Of a stretch of 55,366 nt of DNA, positions 33,455 through 41,580 are shown in pieces. Numbering within the stretch: position 1 is the stretch's first letter; every line of letters starts with the position of its first letter. The stretch comes from a virus (taxonomy: Duplodnaviria; Caudoviricetes). The position numbers were made by a program, and so were the translations under genes. Under the pieces are notes generated by a model. That model searched no databases. It was not told where the DNA came from and saw nothing but the letters and a program-made list of their open reading frames with translations. The DNA lies in IMG/VR virus record IMGVR_UViG_3300034061_002140, positions 1 to 55,366 of that record; one strand, 5' to 3'.

Positions 33455-33760
33455 ATGCCCAATCTCTACATCACCGAGTTCGCGCAAGAGGGTGTCGATG
33501 CGCAAGGCCGCATCGTGCCGGTGGCGAAGGTGCCGGCCGTCACCGAACAGAAGGTCGTGTTCAGCACGAGCGCGCAGAGCGCCACGCTTGATCCGCTGAC
33601 CACGCTGGTGCGGCTGCACGCCGACGGCATCTGCTCGGTGGCGTTTGGCACGAACCCCACGGCCACGACGAGCAACTTGCGACTGGGTCTGAACCAGACC
33701 GAGTACTTCGCGGTTCAGCAGAACTGCGGCCTGAAGATCGCTGCGATCAACAACACCTGA
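33455..33760 (+). CDS. Small putative virion protein
   Basis: RBS AGGAAGG; LYITEF..VRLHAD....AFGTNPTA....QTEYF. Confidence 0.75.
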   Translation: MPNLYITEFAQEGVDAQGRIVPVAKVPAVTEQKVVFSTSAQSATLDPLTTLVRLHADGICSVAFGTNPTATTSNLRLGLNQTEYFAVQQNCGLKIAAINNT

Positions 33761-33766
33761 CGCGAT

Positions 33767-36565
33767 ATGTTTCCAGTACCGACCCAAGGCTTGATGGGGG
33801 CGATGTCGGGTGCCGACATCTCGGCAGGCATCGCACTGGCGCTGGACTTCATCAACGGCGCCACGTCACTTGATCGACGCATCACCTTCTCCCGCACCAG
33901 CAACGCCACGCTGACAAACAGCAATGGCCGGGTTGCTTACGCGCCGCACAACCTGCTGACGAACTCGGAGGACTTTGAGGCTAGTGCGTGGACGAAGACG
34001 AACGCAAGCATTACTGCTAATGCTGCTGTCGCGCCCGATGGGACCACTACGGCAGATCGATTGATACCTGCGCTAAGTGCAACTGACGCTCGCGCTAGTC
34101 AAGCTGTTACTGGAGTAGCTGATACAAGATACACGCTTTCTGCTTATGGAAAAGCAGATGCTTTTAGTTCAATGCGCGTGTATGCCGACAATGGAGCAAG
34201 TTCATTTGCATTGGTGGCATACAACTTAAGCACTGGTGCTGTGCTGGCTTCAGCAACTACTGGAGGAACTTGGACAGGCGCGGCTTCAACCATTGAAAAT
34301 GTAGGTAACGGTTGGTACAGGATTACGCTTTCCTGGCTTGCTACAGGTGCAGCACCAACCAGATCGCAAATTTGGTGCTTAAACACCGGCGACGGCACCT
34401 CGGGCATCTTCATCTGGGGAGCCCAACTCAACGTAGCCAACGCGCCGGTCAATCTGCTGACGTTCTCAGGTGACCTTGCAAACGCTGCTTGGACCTTAAA
34501 CAACCCTGGCACGCGCACCGGAAACACAGATGTTGCGCCAGATGGGACGACGACCGCAGCCACAATAACGGACAACATTACCAGCAACTTTACCTCTGTT
34601 CGTCAAACAGTAACAGTAGCCAACAACAGTCAGCAGTACACCGCATCGGTCTACATCAAAAAGACCACATCGGCATCGTCATACCCTGGTTTGGGTCTCA
34701 CGTTGTCTGGTGGCACCATAAAGTACGCCAGCCTTGCGTTGAACACTACGACAGGAGCAGCAACGGCTCGCACAGGCGAGACGCCGGATTTCATTACTGT
34801 GACGGACGTTGGCACGTATTGGCGAGTGCAATGGGCAATCACCAACAACACAACAGGAAACACATCACTCATAGTTGATGTGTACGCAGCAGTAAATATT
34901 GATGCAAGCGCTACGTGGACTGCTACAACGACTGGGTCAACGGTAGCTTGGGGCGCTCAACTCAACACCGGCTCCACTGCTCTGCCCTATGTAGCAACGA
35001 CCAGCAGCATCTATCTGCCGCCGAGCTATAACAGCACAACACCCAAAAATCTCCTTGGCTTCACGCAGGAGTTTGACAATGCGGCGTGGACGAAATCAAC
35101 GGTAACCGTATCGGCAAATGCTGTAACAGACCCCAATGGCACTTTAACCGCAGATCGAGTTACTCCAACAGGTACTGCGGTTTATGACTCTCGCGTATTC
35201 CAGCCAATATCTGCTATATCAGGCGTAGTTTACACACTGTCTGTGTGGGCAAAATCCTCAGCATCAAATCCAAGTTTGACGCTTGCATTGTTAAATTGGG
35301 GGGGTCAGACATTTTCGCTTACGTCAAACTGGGCTCGATATTCTGTATCAGTGACGGCAGCGTCCACAATTTCAGCAAACTTTAATATTTACGCAGGTGT
35401 AGTTAACCCAACTAACGGAGTGGTCTCATCAATTAATGAAGTTGACATCTGGGGAGCCCAGCTCAGCAACAGCGCCAGCGTGGACAGCTACGTCTACAAC
35501 CCAGCCGCTGCGCCCACCAGCACGGCCTACTACGGACCGAGGTTTGACTACAACCCGACGACGCTGGCGGCTAACGGGCTGCTGATTGAGGAGCAGCGGA
35601 CGAATTTGTTTTTGAACAGCGACTTCAATACTGGTGGCGCTGGGACTGGACTGGTTACTTCGTCAACAATGACGGGGCCGACGGGCGCAACAATTACTGC
35701 CGCGGCTTTTGGTCATGATGGAACAACTACATCGTTTTTATACAAAGGCACGGTTGCTGCCACAACGCAATATGCAATAAGTGTTTTTGTTCGAATGGAT
35801 GACGGTAATGCACCTGTTTTTGGCTCCGCAACAAGTGATAGTCCGTTAAATGATTTTGCTTTAGTTGTAAGCGGCGCAACTTTTTCCCCATTAACCTTTA
35901 CCATCCAAAATTTCGGTGGTGGTCTTTATAGGGTAGCCGGCGTTGTCACTTCGCAAGCCACTAACTTAGGAAATAACGGTGTTGTCAAATACAACACCAA
36001 CAGCAATAGGACGTTCAAAACAAGTGCTTGGCAAATAGAAGCAGGCTCCTTTGCCACTTCTCTGATCCCCACAGTAGCCTCCCAAGTCACCCGAGCAGCG
36101 GACAATGCGTCGATGCTGGGGGATAACTTTGCGACTTGGTATAACCAGACGGAAAGCACTCTGTCTGTGCAGTGGTCTCAATATGCGCTGCCGTCAACTA
36201 CGTCCAGAGTTGTGACGATTGATAACGGCACAGTCAACAGCATTCTTCAAATCCAATCGTCTTCGTCAAACAGGACTGGTGCGCTGGATGTTGGCGGCGC
36301 GGGGGTCTTTGCGTACAGCACCTCGGCTATCACGGTCAACGCAATCAACAAGGGCGCTGTTGCAATCAAGACCGCAGATTCGTCGGTGTCATTTGGCGGC
36401 ACTATCACTGGCACCAGTACGACCGCGTACACGCCGCCTGCAATGAACACGCTGCGGATTGGAAGCAACGTCGGTTCTGGTCAGTACCTGAACGGCACTG
36501 TGCGCTCCTTGGCGTATTACCCCGTCAGGCTCCCGGCAGCAACTCTTCAGAGCATCACAGCATGA
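33767..36565 (+). CDS. Large fibre/adhesin with repeated carbohydrate-binding-like modules
   Basis: Modules open with NLL...F..AAWT and close with WGAQL; GLLIEEQRTNL; GSFATS.IPT..QVTRAAD; lectin-like C-terminus ending YYPVRL. Confidence 0.8.
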   Translation: MFPVPTQGLMGAMSGADISAGIALALDFINGATSLDRRITFSRTSNATLTNSNGRVAYAPHNLLTNSEDFEASAWTKTNASITANAAVAPDGTTTADRLIPALSATDARASQAVTGVADTRYTLSAYGKADAFSSMRVYADNGASSFALVAYNLSTGAVLASATTGGTWTGAASTIENVGNGWYRITLSWLATGAAPTRSQIWCLNTGDGTSGIFIWGAQLNVANAPVNLLTFSGDLANAAWTLNNPGTRTGNTDVAPDGTTTAATITDNITSNFTSVRQTVTVANNSQQYTASVYIKKTTSASSYPGLGLTLSGGTIKYASLALNTTTGAATARTGETPDFITVTDVGTYWRVQWAITNNTTGNTSLIVDVYAAVNIDASATWTATTTGSTVAWGAQLNTGSTALPYVATTSSIYLPPSYNSTTPKNLLGFTQEFDNAAWTKSTVTVSANAVTDPNGTLTADRVTPTGTAVYDSRVFQPISAISGVVYTLSVWAKSSASNPSLTLALLNWGGQTFSLTSNWARYSVSVTAASTISANFNIYAGVVNPTNGVVSSINEVDIWGAQLSNSASVDSYVYNPAAAPTSTAYYGPRFDYNPTTLAANGLLIEEQRTNLFLNSDFNTGGAGTGLVTSSTMTGPTGATITAAAFGHDGTTTSFLYKGTVAATTQYAISVFVRMDDGNAPVFGSATSDSPLNDFALVVSGATFSPLTFTIQNFGGGLYRVAGVVTSQATNLGNNGVVKYNTNSNRTFKTSAWQIEAGSFATSLIPTVASQVTRAADNASMLGDNFATWYNQTESTLSVQWSQYALPSTTSRVVTIDNGTVNSILQIQSSSSNRTGALDVGGAGVFAYSTSAITVNAINKGAVAIKTADSSVSFGGTITGTSTTAYTPPAMNTLRIGSNVGSGQYLNGTVRSLAYYPVRLPAATLQSITA

Positions 36566-36861
36566 CCGACGAAACCCTAACCGAGCCCGTCAATGGACTG
36601 CATGACTATGTGCTCAAGTTTGAGAGCGAAGAGCAGGCTGAGGCGTTGCTGTACAAAACAGTGCCGTGTTTGACTTCATTGTCCAAAGGAGAGCACTTTT
36701 CGTGGACGACACCTCGGTACAAGTCTGTGGACATGATCGGTCCTCTTGGTGAGTCTGAGGGCTACTTTGCTCATGTGCAGAACTTGTCCCCGGCTCCTGA
36801 GCTTGAGCGGTTCATCGCAAAGCCGCGCCCCGTAATCCAACCGAGAGCAGCGTATGCCTGA
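36562..36861 (+). CDS. Hypothetical protein, fibre-associated; paralog of next gene
   Basis: Shares ETLTEP, DY, VDMIG, GY.A.V, APEL with 36854-37222. Confidence 0.7.
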   Translation: MTDETLTEPVNGLHDYVLKFESEEQAEALLYKTVPCLTSLSKGEHFSWTTPRYKSVDMIGPLGESEGYFAHVQNLSPAPELERFIAKPRPVIQPRAAYA

Positions 36862-37222
36862 CATGACCGACACCGTTGACACGCTAGAGGCACCTCCCCT
36901 TGCTGAAACCCTAACCGAGCCCATCGTCACCGAGGGCTACTGCGACTACATGGTGGTCTTCGCTGATGAGGATGAGGCCTATTCGGTCCTGTACGACTCA
37001 AGCACCGATGGTGAAGGCAACGTGACGCTGACGCCCAAGTTCACTGCGGTGGACATGATTGGCACGATCTACGAGCCTGCGCCTGATCCGGTGCCTGAGA
37101 ACTACAAGCCGCTGCCGTACACGGGCTACCACGCCAACGTGCGCAACATCGGGCCAGCGCCTGAGCTGGATGTGTTTGTGGTGACGCCGAGCCCGGTGAC
37201 GCCGCTGAGGGTGTGGGCTTGA
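36854..37222 (+). CDS. Hypothetical protein, fibre-associated
   Basis: VDMIGTIY..GYHANVR..P.TP.RVWA. Confidence 0.75.
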   Translation: MPDMTDTVDTLEAPPLAETLTEPIVTEGYCDYMVVFADEDEAYSVLYDSSTDGEGNVTLTPKFTAVDMIGTIYEPAPDPVPENYKPLPYTGYHANVRNIGPAPELDVFVVTPSPVTPLRVWA

Positions 37223-37268
37223 TCGAGGCCTCCATCACTTGCAGCCTTGGTCAGAAAAGTGAACAGGC

Positions 37269-37296
37269 TTGACTCGCGACTTCACAATGCTATAGT
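37269..37296 (+). promoter_or_regulatory. Late promoter 2: TTGACT-16-TATAGT with TTCACAATGC in spacer
   Basis: Near-consensus hexamers upstream of scaffold/capsid genes; shares CAATGCTATAGT with late promoter 1. Confidence 0.8.
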
Positions 37297-37353
37297 TCGC
37301 CCCGGGTCACTGTCAGTGCAGTTTCCCGTTCTCCCTGGCGAAAGCCCTTTACA

Positions 37354-37380
37354 GGTCACCACTCGGTGGCCTTTTTCTTT
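37354..37380 (+). terminator. Intrinsic terminator in leader of capsid operon
   Basis: GGTCACC-ACTC-GGTGGCC-TTTTTCTTT. Confidence 0.75.
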
Positions 37381-37386
37381 GGTGCG

Positions 37387-37620
37387 ATGAAGTACGAAGA
37401 CTTCCAGACGCCGACCTGGAAGCGGCTGACGCAAGGCCTTGAGCAGCGGCTCGAGGAGTTGCGTGAGCTGAATGACAACCAGTCCTTCGGCCCAGAAAAG
37501 ACAGCGGCGATTCGTGGCTCGATCGCCGAGGTCAAACGAATCCTCGCCCTTGCGGACGACGCAAGCGCGGGGCAAGCGGTCTCCCCCGAGGAACTCCTTG
37601 GCGAAGACAACCCGGCCTGA
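37387..37620 (+). CDS. Small head-module protein
   Basis: W..L...LE.RL..LR..ND....T..IRG.I...K.IL pattern typical of the small gene preceding scaffolds. Confidence 0.7.
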   Translation: MKYEDFQTPTWKRLTQGLEQRLEELRELNDNQSFGPEKTAAIRGSIAEVKRILALADDASAGQAVSPEELLGEDNPA

Positions 37621-37645
37621 CGGCCAACCGTGAGACGAGAGCCCA

Positions 37646-38539
37646 ATGTCAACCACCACACAGGAAAGAACCAACCCGCAGGACGAAGCCAAGAAGATCT
37701 GGGACGAGCTGGACGCAGAAGAGATTGGGAGAGACCCGGTCGCTGCAGAACGCACGGCCACAGACGAGCAACTGGAGCAGGCGAGCAGCCAGGCTCTTGC
37801 TGAACAGCAGCCCGCCCCTGAGGCCGGCACGCAGCAGCAGGCCGCCCCAAGCCCTGATCAGCAAGCTCTTCTGGATCGCATCTCTGGTTTGGAGTCATCT
37901 CTGAACCAGGCGACGCAGCGACTTCGTAATGCAGAAGGCCACATCGGCGGCCTGAACAGCCAACTGAAGCAGCAGCTTCAGACGGCGCATCAGGTGGCAA
38001 ACCAAGGCGGCGATGCACCGTCAGCGAAGCAACTCGCTGATGCGCAAAGGTCCACCAAGGCGATGGAGAACCTTCGGCGCGACTACCCAGAGTTCGCCGA
38101 GGCGATGGACGCAGCGCTCGAGGAGCGGCTGCAGGAAGTGGTCAAGCGGATCCCGCAGCAGCCACAGCCTGTGCAGGCCCAGCCCTCGGTCACCGCTGAC
38201 GACTTGAATCGCCTGCAGTCGGAGTTTGCGGTGGAAGTGCGCCACCCGGGTTGGAAAGAGACTGTGACGCAGCCTGTCTTCCGAGGCTGGCTGGAGAGGC
38301 AACCGAGAGAAGTGCAGATGCTGGCGGCGAGCGCAAGCCCGCAGGACGCTGTGCGACTCCTGGACCTCTACGCAGACGGCACGAAGACGTCGGCAGCAAC
38401 AAGAACGCAGCGCCTGTCGGCTGCGGCGGCCATCCCTTCAGGCCGCTCTGGTTCGGCTACCCGGACCAAGGCGGTGGAGGACATGTCCCCGCAGGAGTAC
38501 TGGCGCTACCTCGATGAACTTGATCGCCAAAAAAGGTAA
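37646..38539 (+). CDS. Capsid scaffolding protein
   Basis: Acidic/Q-rich coiled coil, HPGW..F..W, directly upstream of MCP. Confidence 0.75.
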   Translation: MSTTTQERTNPQDEAKKIWDELDAEEIGRDPVAAERTATDEQLEQASSQALAEQQPAPEAGTQQQAAPSPDQQALLDRISGLESSLNQATQRLRNAEGHIGGLNSQLKQQLQTAHQVANQGGDAPSAKQLADAQRSTKAMENLRRDYPEFAEAMDAALEERLQEVVKRIPQQPQPVQAQPSVTADDLNRLQSEFAVEVRHPGWKETVTQPVFRGWLERQPREVQMLAASASPQDAVRLLDLYADGTKTSAATRTQRLSAAAAIPSGRSGSATRTKAVEDMSPQEYWRYLDELDRQKR

Positions 38540-38545
38540 CCGATC

Positions 38546-39583
38546 ATGACCATGCAGACCTATTCCCTGGTTCCTTCGCGGAACCTCATCATGGCCGAGC
38601 GCGAGATGCTCAAGCACGCCGAGCCCATCAAGGTGCTGGGCAGCTTCGGCATGCAGAAGCAAGTGCCCCAGAACAAGACCGACACGGTCGTGTTCCGTCG
38701 CTCGCTGCCGATCGACGCCGGCTCCAACGGCGCCCCGTCCGTCACCACCAGCAACTACCTGCTGCAAGAAGGCGTGACCCCCTCGGCTCGCACCATCACG
38801 TACCAGGACGTGCAGGTCACCCTGCAGCAGTACGGCGTGCTGATGAAGCTCTCGTCCAAGGCCGAGTCCATGTACGAGGATGACATCCCCGGCGACATGA
38901 CCAAGCTGGTGGGCGAGCACATGGCCACCATCGAAGAGCTGATCGCCTACGGCGTGGTGCGCGGTGGTACGAACGTGGTGTTCGCCAACGGCGCTGCCCG
39001 CAACGCGGTCAACACCGCCATCACGCTGAACAAGCTGCGCCAGGCCGCTCGTCAGCTCGAGGCCGCGCACGCCAAGCGCGTGACCGAGAAGCTGTCCGCC
39101 GGCCCGAACTTCGGCACCTCCGGCATCCACCCGGCCTACTTGGTGTTCATCCACACCGACATGGAAGCCGACATCCGCAACCTGGCGGGCTTCACCCCTG
39201 TCGTCGAGTACGGCACCCAGAAGCCTGTGCATGAGCGCGAGATCGGTGCGGTGGAGCAGTTCCGCTTCATCACCAGCCCGTACTTCCGCCCGTTCCTGCA
39301 GGCTGGCGGCACGGTCGCGGCGGGTGCATTCCTGTCCAACGGTGGCACCGCTGGCACCACGGCTGACGTCTACCCCCTGATGGTGGTGGCTCAGGAGGCC
39401 TGGGGTCAGGTGGCACTGAAGGGCATGGGCGCGATCCAGCCGATCTACCTGCCGGCAAAGCAGATCACGCACGCCAACCCGATGGGTCAGTTCGGATACG
39501 TCGGCGCGAACTTCTATAAGTCCGCGGTGCGTCTGAACGAGAACTGGATGGTCCGCCTCGAGGCGGCCGCTTCCGGCCTGTGA
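38546..39583 (+). CDS. Major capsid protein (N4-gp56 family-like)
   Basis: FRR, LQEGVTP, VTLQQYG, EIGAVEQFRFI, DVYP, PMGQFGY, LNENWM.RLE. Confidence 0.9.
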   Translation: MTMQTYSLVPSRNLIMAEREMLKHAEPIKVLGSFGMQKQVPQNKTDTVVFRRSLPIDAGSNGAPSVTTSNYLLQEGVTPSARTITYQDVQVTLQQYGVLMKLSSKAESMYEDDIPGDMTKLVGEHMATIEELIAYGVVRGGTNVVFANGAARNAVNTAITLNKLRQAARQLEAAHAKRVTEKLSAGPNFGTSGIHPAYLVFIHTDMEADIRNLAGFTPVVEYGTQKPVHEREIGAVEQFRFITSPYFRPFLQAGGTVAAGAFLSNGGTAGTTADVYPLMVVAQEAWGQVALKGMGAIQPIYLPAKQITHANPMGQFGYVGANFYKSAVRLNENWMVRLEAAASGL

Positions 39584-39590
39584 TGTGACT

Positions 39591-39614
39591 GAGGGGGGCT
39601 TAGGCCCCCTTCTC
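39591..39614 (+). terminator. Hairpin after MCP (terminator or stabiliser)
   Basis: GAGGGGGGC-TTAG-GCCCCCTTC. Confidence 0.5.
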
Positions 39615-39627
39615 TGAAAGGACTCTC

Positions 39628-39840
39628 ATGCCCTACAGACTTACTCTCAACAGGACGCACGGCTTGGCCGTCAGCGATCGGTCTGCGCTCACCCGTGAGC
39701 TGGACACGCTGCGCGCCGAGCTCAACGACGTGCGTACCAAGTACGCAGCCCTTCTGGCGAAGCTGGACCTCGATGGTGGTGTCACCGACACCAACTACGC
39801 GGCCACCGTCGGCTTGGCTGCAGCTCAATTCACTGCCTGA
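39628..39840 (+). CDS. Small virion-associated coiled-coil protein
   Basis: RBS AAGGA; LLAKLD.DGGVTDTNYA. Confidence 0.7.
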   Translation: MPYRLTLNRTHGLAVSDRSALTRELDTLRAELNDVRTKYAALLAKLDLDGGVTDTNYAATVGLAAAQFTA

Positions 39841-39861
39841 TCACGAAAGGATCTCACGATC

Positions 39862-40323
39862 ATGGACAACCTCAAGCTCTCGCAAGGCGGCTCGTTCGCC
39901 CTGACCTCCGGCGGCCTGGCCGAAGGCACCAACGCCAACACCTACCAGACCGCCAACACGATCACCTTCGTGACCGACGGCGTGCTCCGGTCCAAGGCGG
40001 CCACCAACAACGTCGCGTTCTCTGCCGGCCACGCCACCGTGCCCGTGTCGAGCTCGTGCCTGTACCTGGTGTGCCTGGACTCTGGCGGCAACTTCTCAAC
40101 CGTGGCCGGCCGCGCTGTGCCCACGGCTGATGTCACCGCTGGTGTGCGTGGCCTGGAGTGGCCGGCCTCGCCGGTTGGCGAGATCGCTGTTGTGGGCGCG
40201 ATTCGCGTCGACACCAACGCCTCGGCGACGTTCACCCCTGGCGCGGTGGACCTGAGTGCGTCCGGCATCACCGGCACGTACTTCAACCTGTTCGCTGTCC
40301 CCACCCGGCCCCTGACGGCCTGA
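39862..40323 (+). CDS. Putative capsid decoration protein
   Basis: Beta-rich, follows MCP; RBS AAGGA. Confidence 0.65.
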   Translation: MDNLKLSQGGSFALTSGGLAEGTNANTYQTANTITFVTDGVLRSKAATNNVAFSAGHATVPVSSSCLYLVCLDSGGNFSTVAGRAVPTADVTAGVRGLEWPASPVGEIAVVGAIRVDTNASATFTPGAVDLSASGITGTYFNLFAVPTRPLTA

Positions 40324-40331
40324 TGAAAACT

Positions 40332-40356
40332 GGGGGCTGCCTTCGGGCGGCCCCCG
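40332..40356 (+). terminator. GC-rich hairpin with TTCG loop after head genes
   Basis: GGGGGCTGCC-TTCG-GGCGGCCCCC; no clear U-tract. Confidence 0.45.
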
Positions 40357-40384
40357 GTGAACGCAACCCAAGGAGACTTTCATC

Positions 40385-40888
40385 ATGGCAGGCAACCGCG
40401 TCAACAGCTACGAGCGACAGCGCACCATCGACTCGGAAGACGTCGACATCGTGGGCAAGGTGCAGACCACCAGCATCGACGACACCGCGGCCGGCAAGGC
40501 GGGCGGCAATGCGATCGAGGTGGACATGGACCGCGTCTACAGCTCCAAGCAGCTCGACGACGAGCAGTTCATGCGCGACGAGCTCGAGGTTCACTTCCAC
40601 GAGCCGCAGTCCGAGAACGATCCCGCGTTCGTCGAGGTCAACGTCAACGGCGACTACAAGATGGCCGTGCGCGGTGACACCGTGCGGCTGCGCCGCTACC
40701 ACGTCGCTGTGCTGGCCCAGGCCAAGCAGTCGCGGGTGCGCCAGAAGAAGATCGTGAACCCCGACGGGTCGATGGGCTTCGTCGAGGAGAACGTCCTGTC
40801 ACTGAGCTACCCCTTCAGCGTCACGCACGACCCGAACCCCAAGCGTGGTGCGCCGTGGCTGAAGCAGATGCTGTCCACCCCGGCCTGA
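40385..40888 (+). CDS. Hypothetical head/tail module protein
   Basis: RBS AAGGAG; V.VNG..RG..V.VLA.AK..YPFSV.HDPNP.G..WL. Confidence 0.75.
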   Translation: MAGNRVNSYERQRTIDSEDVDIVGKVQTTSIDDTAAGKAGGNAIEVDMDRVYSSKQLDDEQFMRDELEVHFHEPQSENDPAFVEVNVNGDYKMAVRGDTVRLRRYHVAVLAQAKQSRVRQKKIVNPDGSMGFVEENVLSLSYPFSVTHDPNPKRGAPWLKQMLSTPA

Positions 40889-40889
40889 C

Positions 40890-41570
40890 ATGAACTTCCT
40901 GCAGCTCGCCCAGTCTCTGCGCCAGGAGTGCGGCGTCTCTGGTTCTGGCCCGTCTTCGACGGTCAGCCAGACGGGCGAGGCCAAGCGGCTGGTCGACTGG
41001 ATCAATGCCGCATGGTTGGAGATCCAGGGTCTGCACGACACCTGGCACTTCATGCGCGATACGTTCAGCTTCCAGACGGTGGCGGGCACGGGCGACTACA
41101 CGCCCACGGCCGCAGGCCTGAGCGACCACCGCTACTGGTTCAAGGACACGCTGCGCACGTACAAGACCGCGCTGGGCCTGGCCGACGAGCAGTGGCTGAT
41201 TGAGTGGGAGTACCAGGTCTTTCGCAACACCTACCGCTTCGGGCTGCAGACGACGCAGCAGGGGCGCCCGGTGGTGTTTGCCGAGAAGCCCATGGACAAG
41301 GCGCTGATGCTGGGCAGCGTGCCCGACGACGTCTACACCGTGGTCGGCGAGTACCAGAAGAAGCCTACGCAGTTGTCTGGCGACACGGATACCCCCGAGA
41401 TGCCCGAGCACTTGCACCAAGTCATCGTCTACAAGGCGATGGAGTACTACGGCTTGTTTGAGTCCGCGCCCGAGGTGCTGAGCCGCGCTCGCACCGGGTA
41501 CGCGGCACTCAAGGGTCAGCTCGAGCGCGAGCAACTCCCGGCCGTCTATCTGGGCAACCCGCTGGCCTGA
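40890..41570 (+). CDS. Head-tail adaptor (tail tubular protein A-like)
   Basis: MNFLQL..WIN.AW..W.F..G.P..PD.VY..P.MPE.LH..IVY.A; position before nozzle gene. Confidence 0.75.
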   Translation: MNFLQLAQSLRQECGVSGSGPSSTVSQTGEAKRLVDWINAAWLEIQGLHDTWHFMRDTFSFQTVAGTGDYTPTAAGLSDHRYWFKDTLRTYKTALGLADEQWLIEWEYQVFRNTYRFGLQTTQQGRPVVFAEKPMDKALMLGSVPDDVYTVVGEYQKKPTQLSGDTDTPEMPEHLHQVIVYKAMEYYGLFESAPEVLSRARTGYAALKGQLEREQLPAVYLGNPLA

Positions 41571-41580
41571 AGCATCGGAC

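Noticed and set aside
33767-36565. Diversity-generating retroelement or shufflon target
   Set aside because: No reverse transcriptase, no TR/VR pair differing at adenines, no invertase or inverted crossover sites seen
38546-39583. Assignment to N4-like phages
   Set aside because: The capsid resembles the N4-gp56 family, but no virion RNA polymerase, RNAP subunits or DNA polymerase are recognisable and the control region is lambdoid
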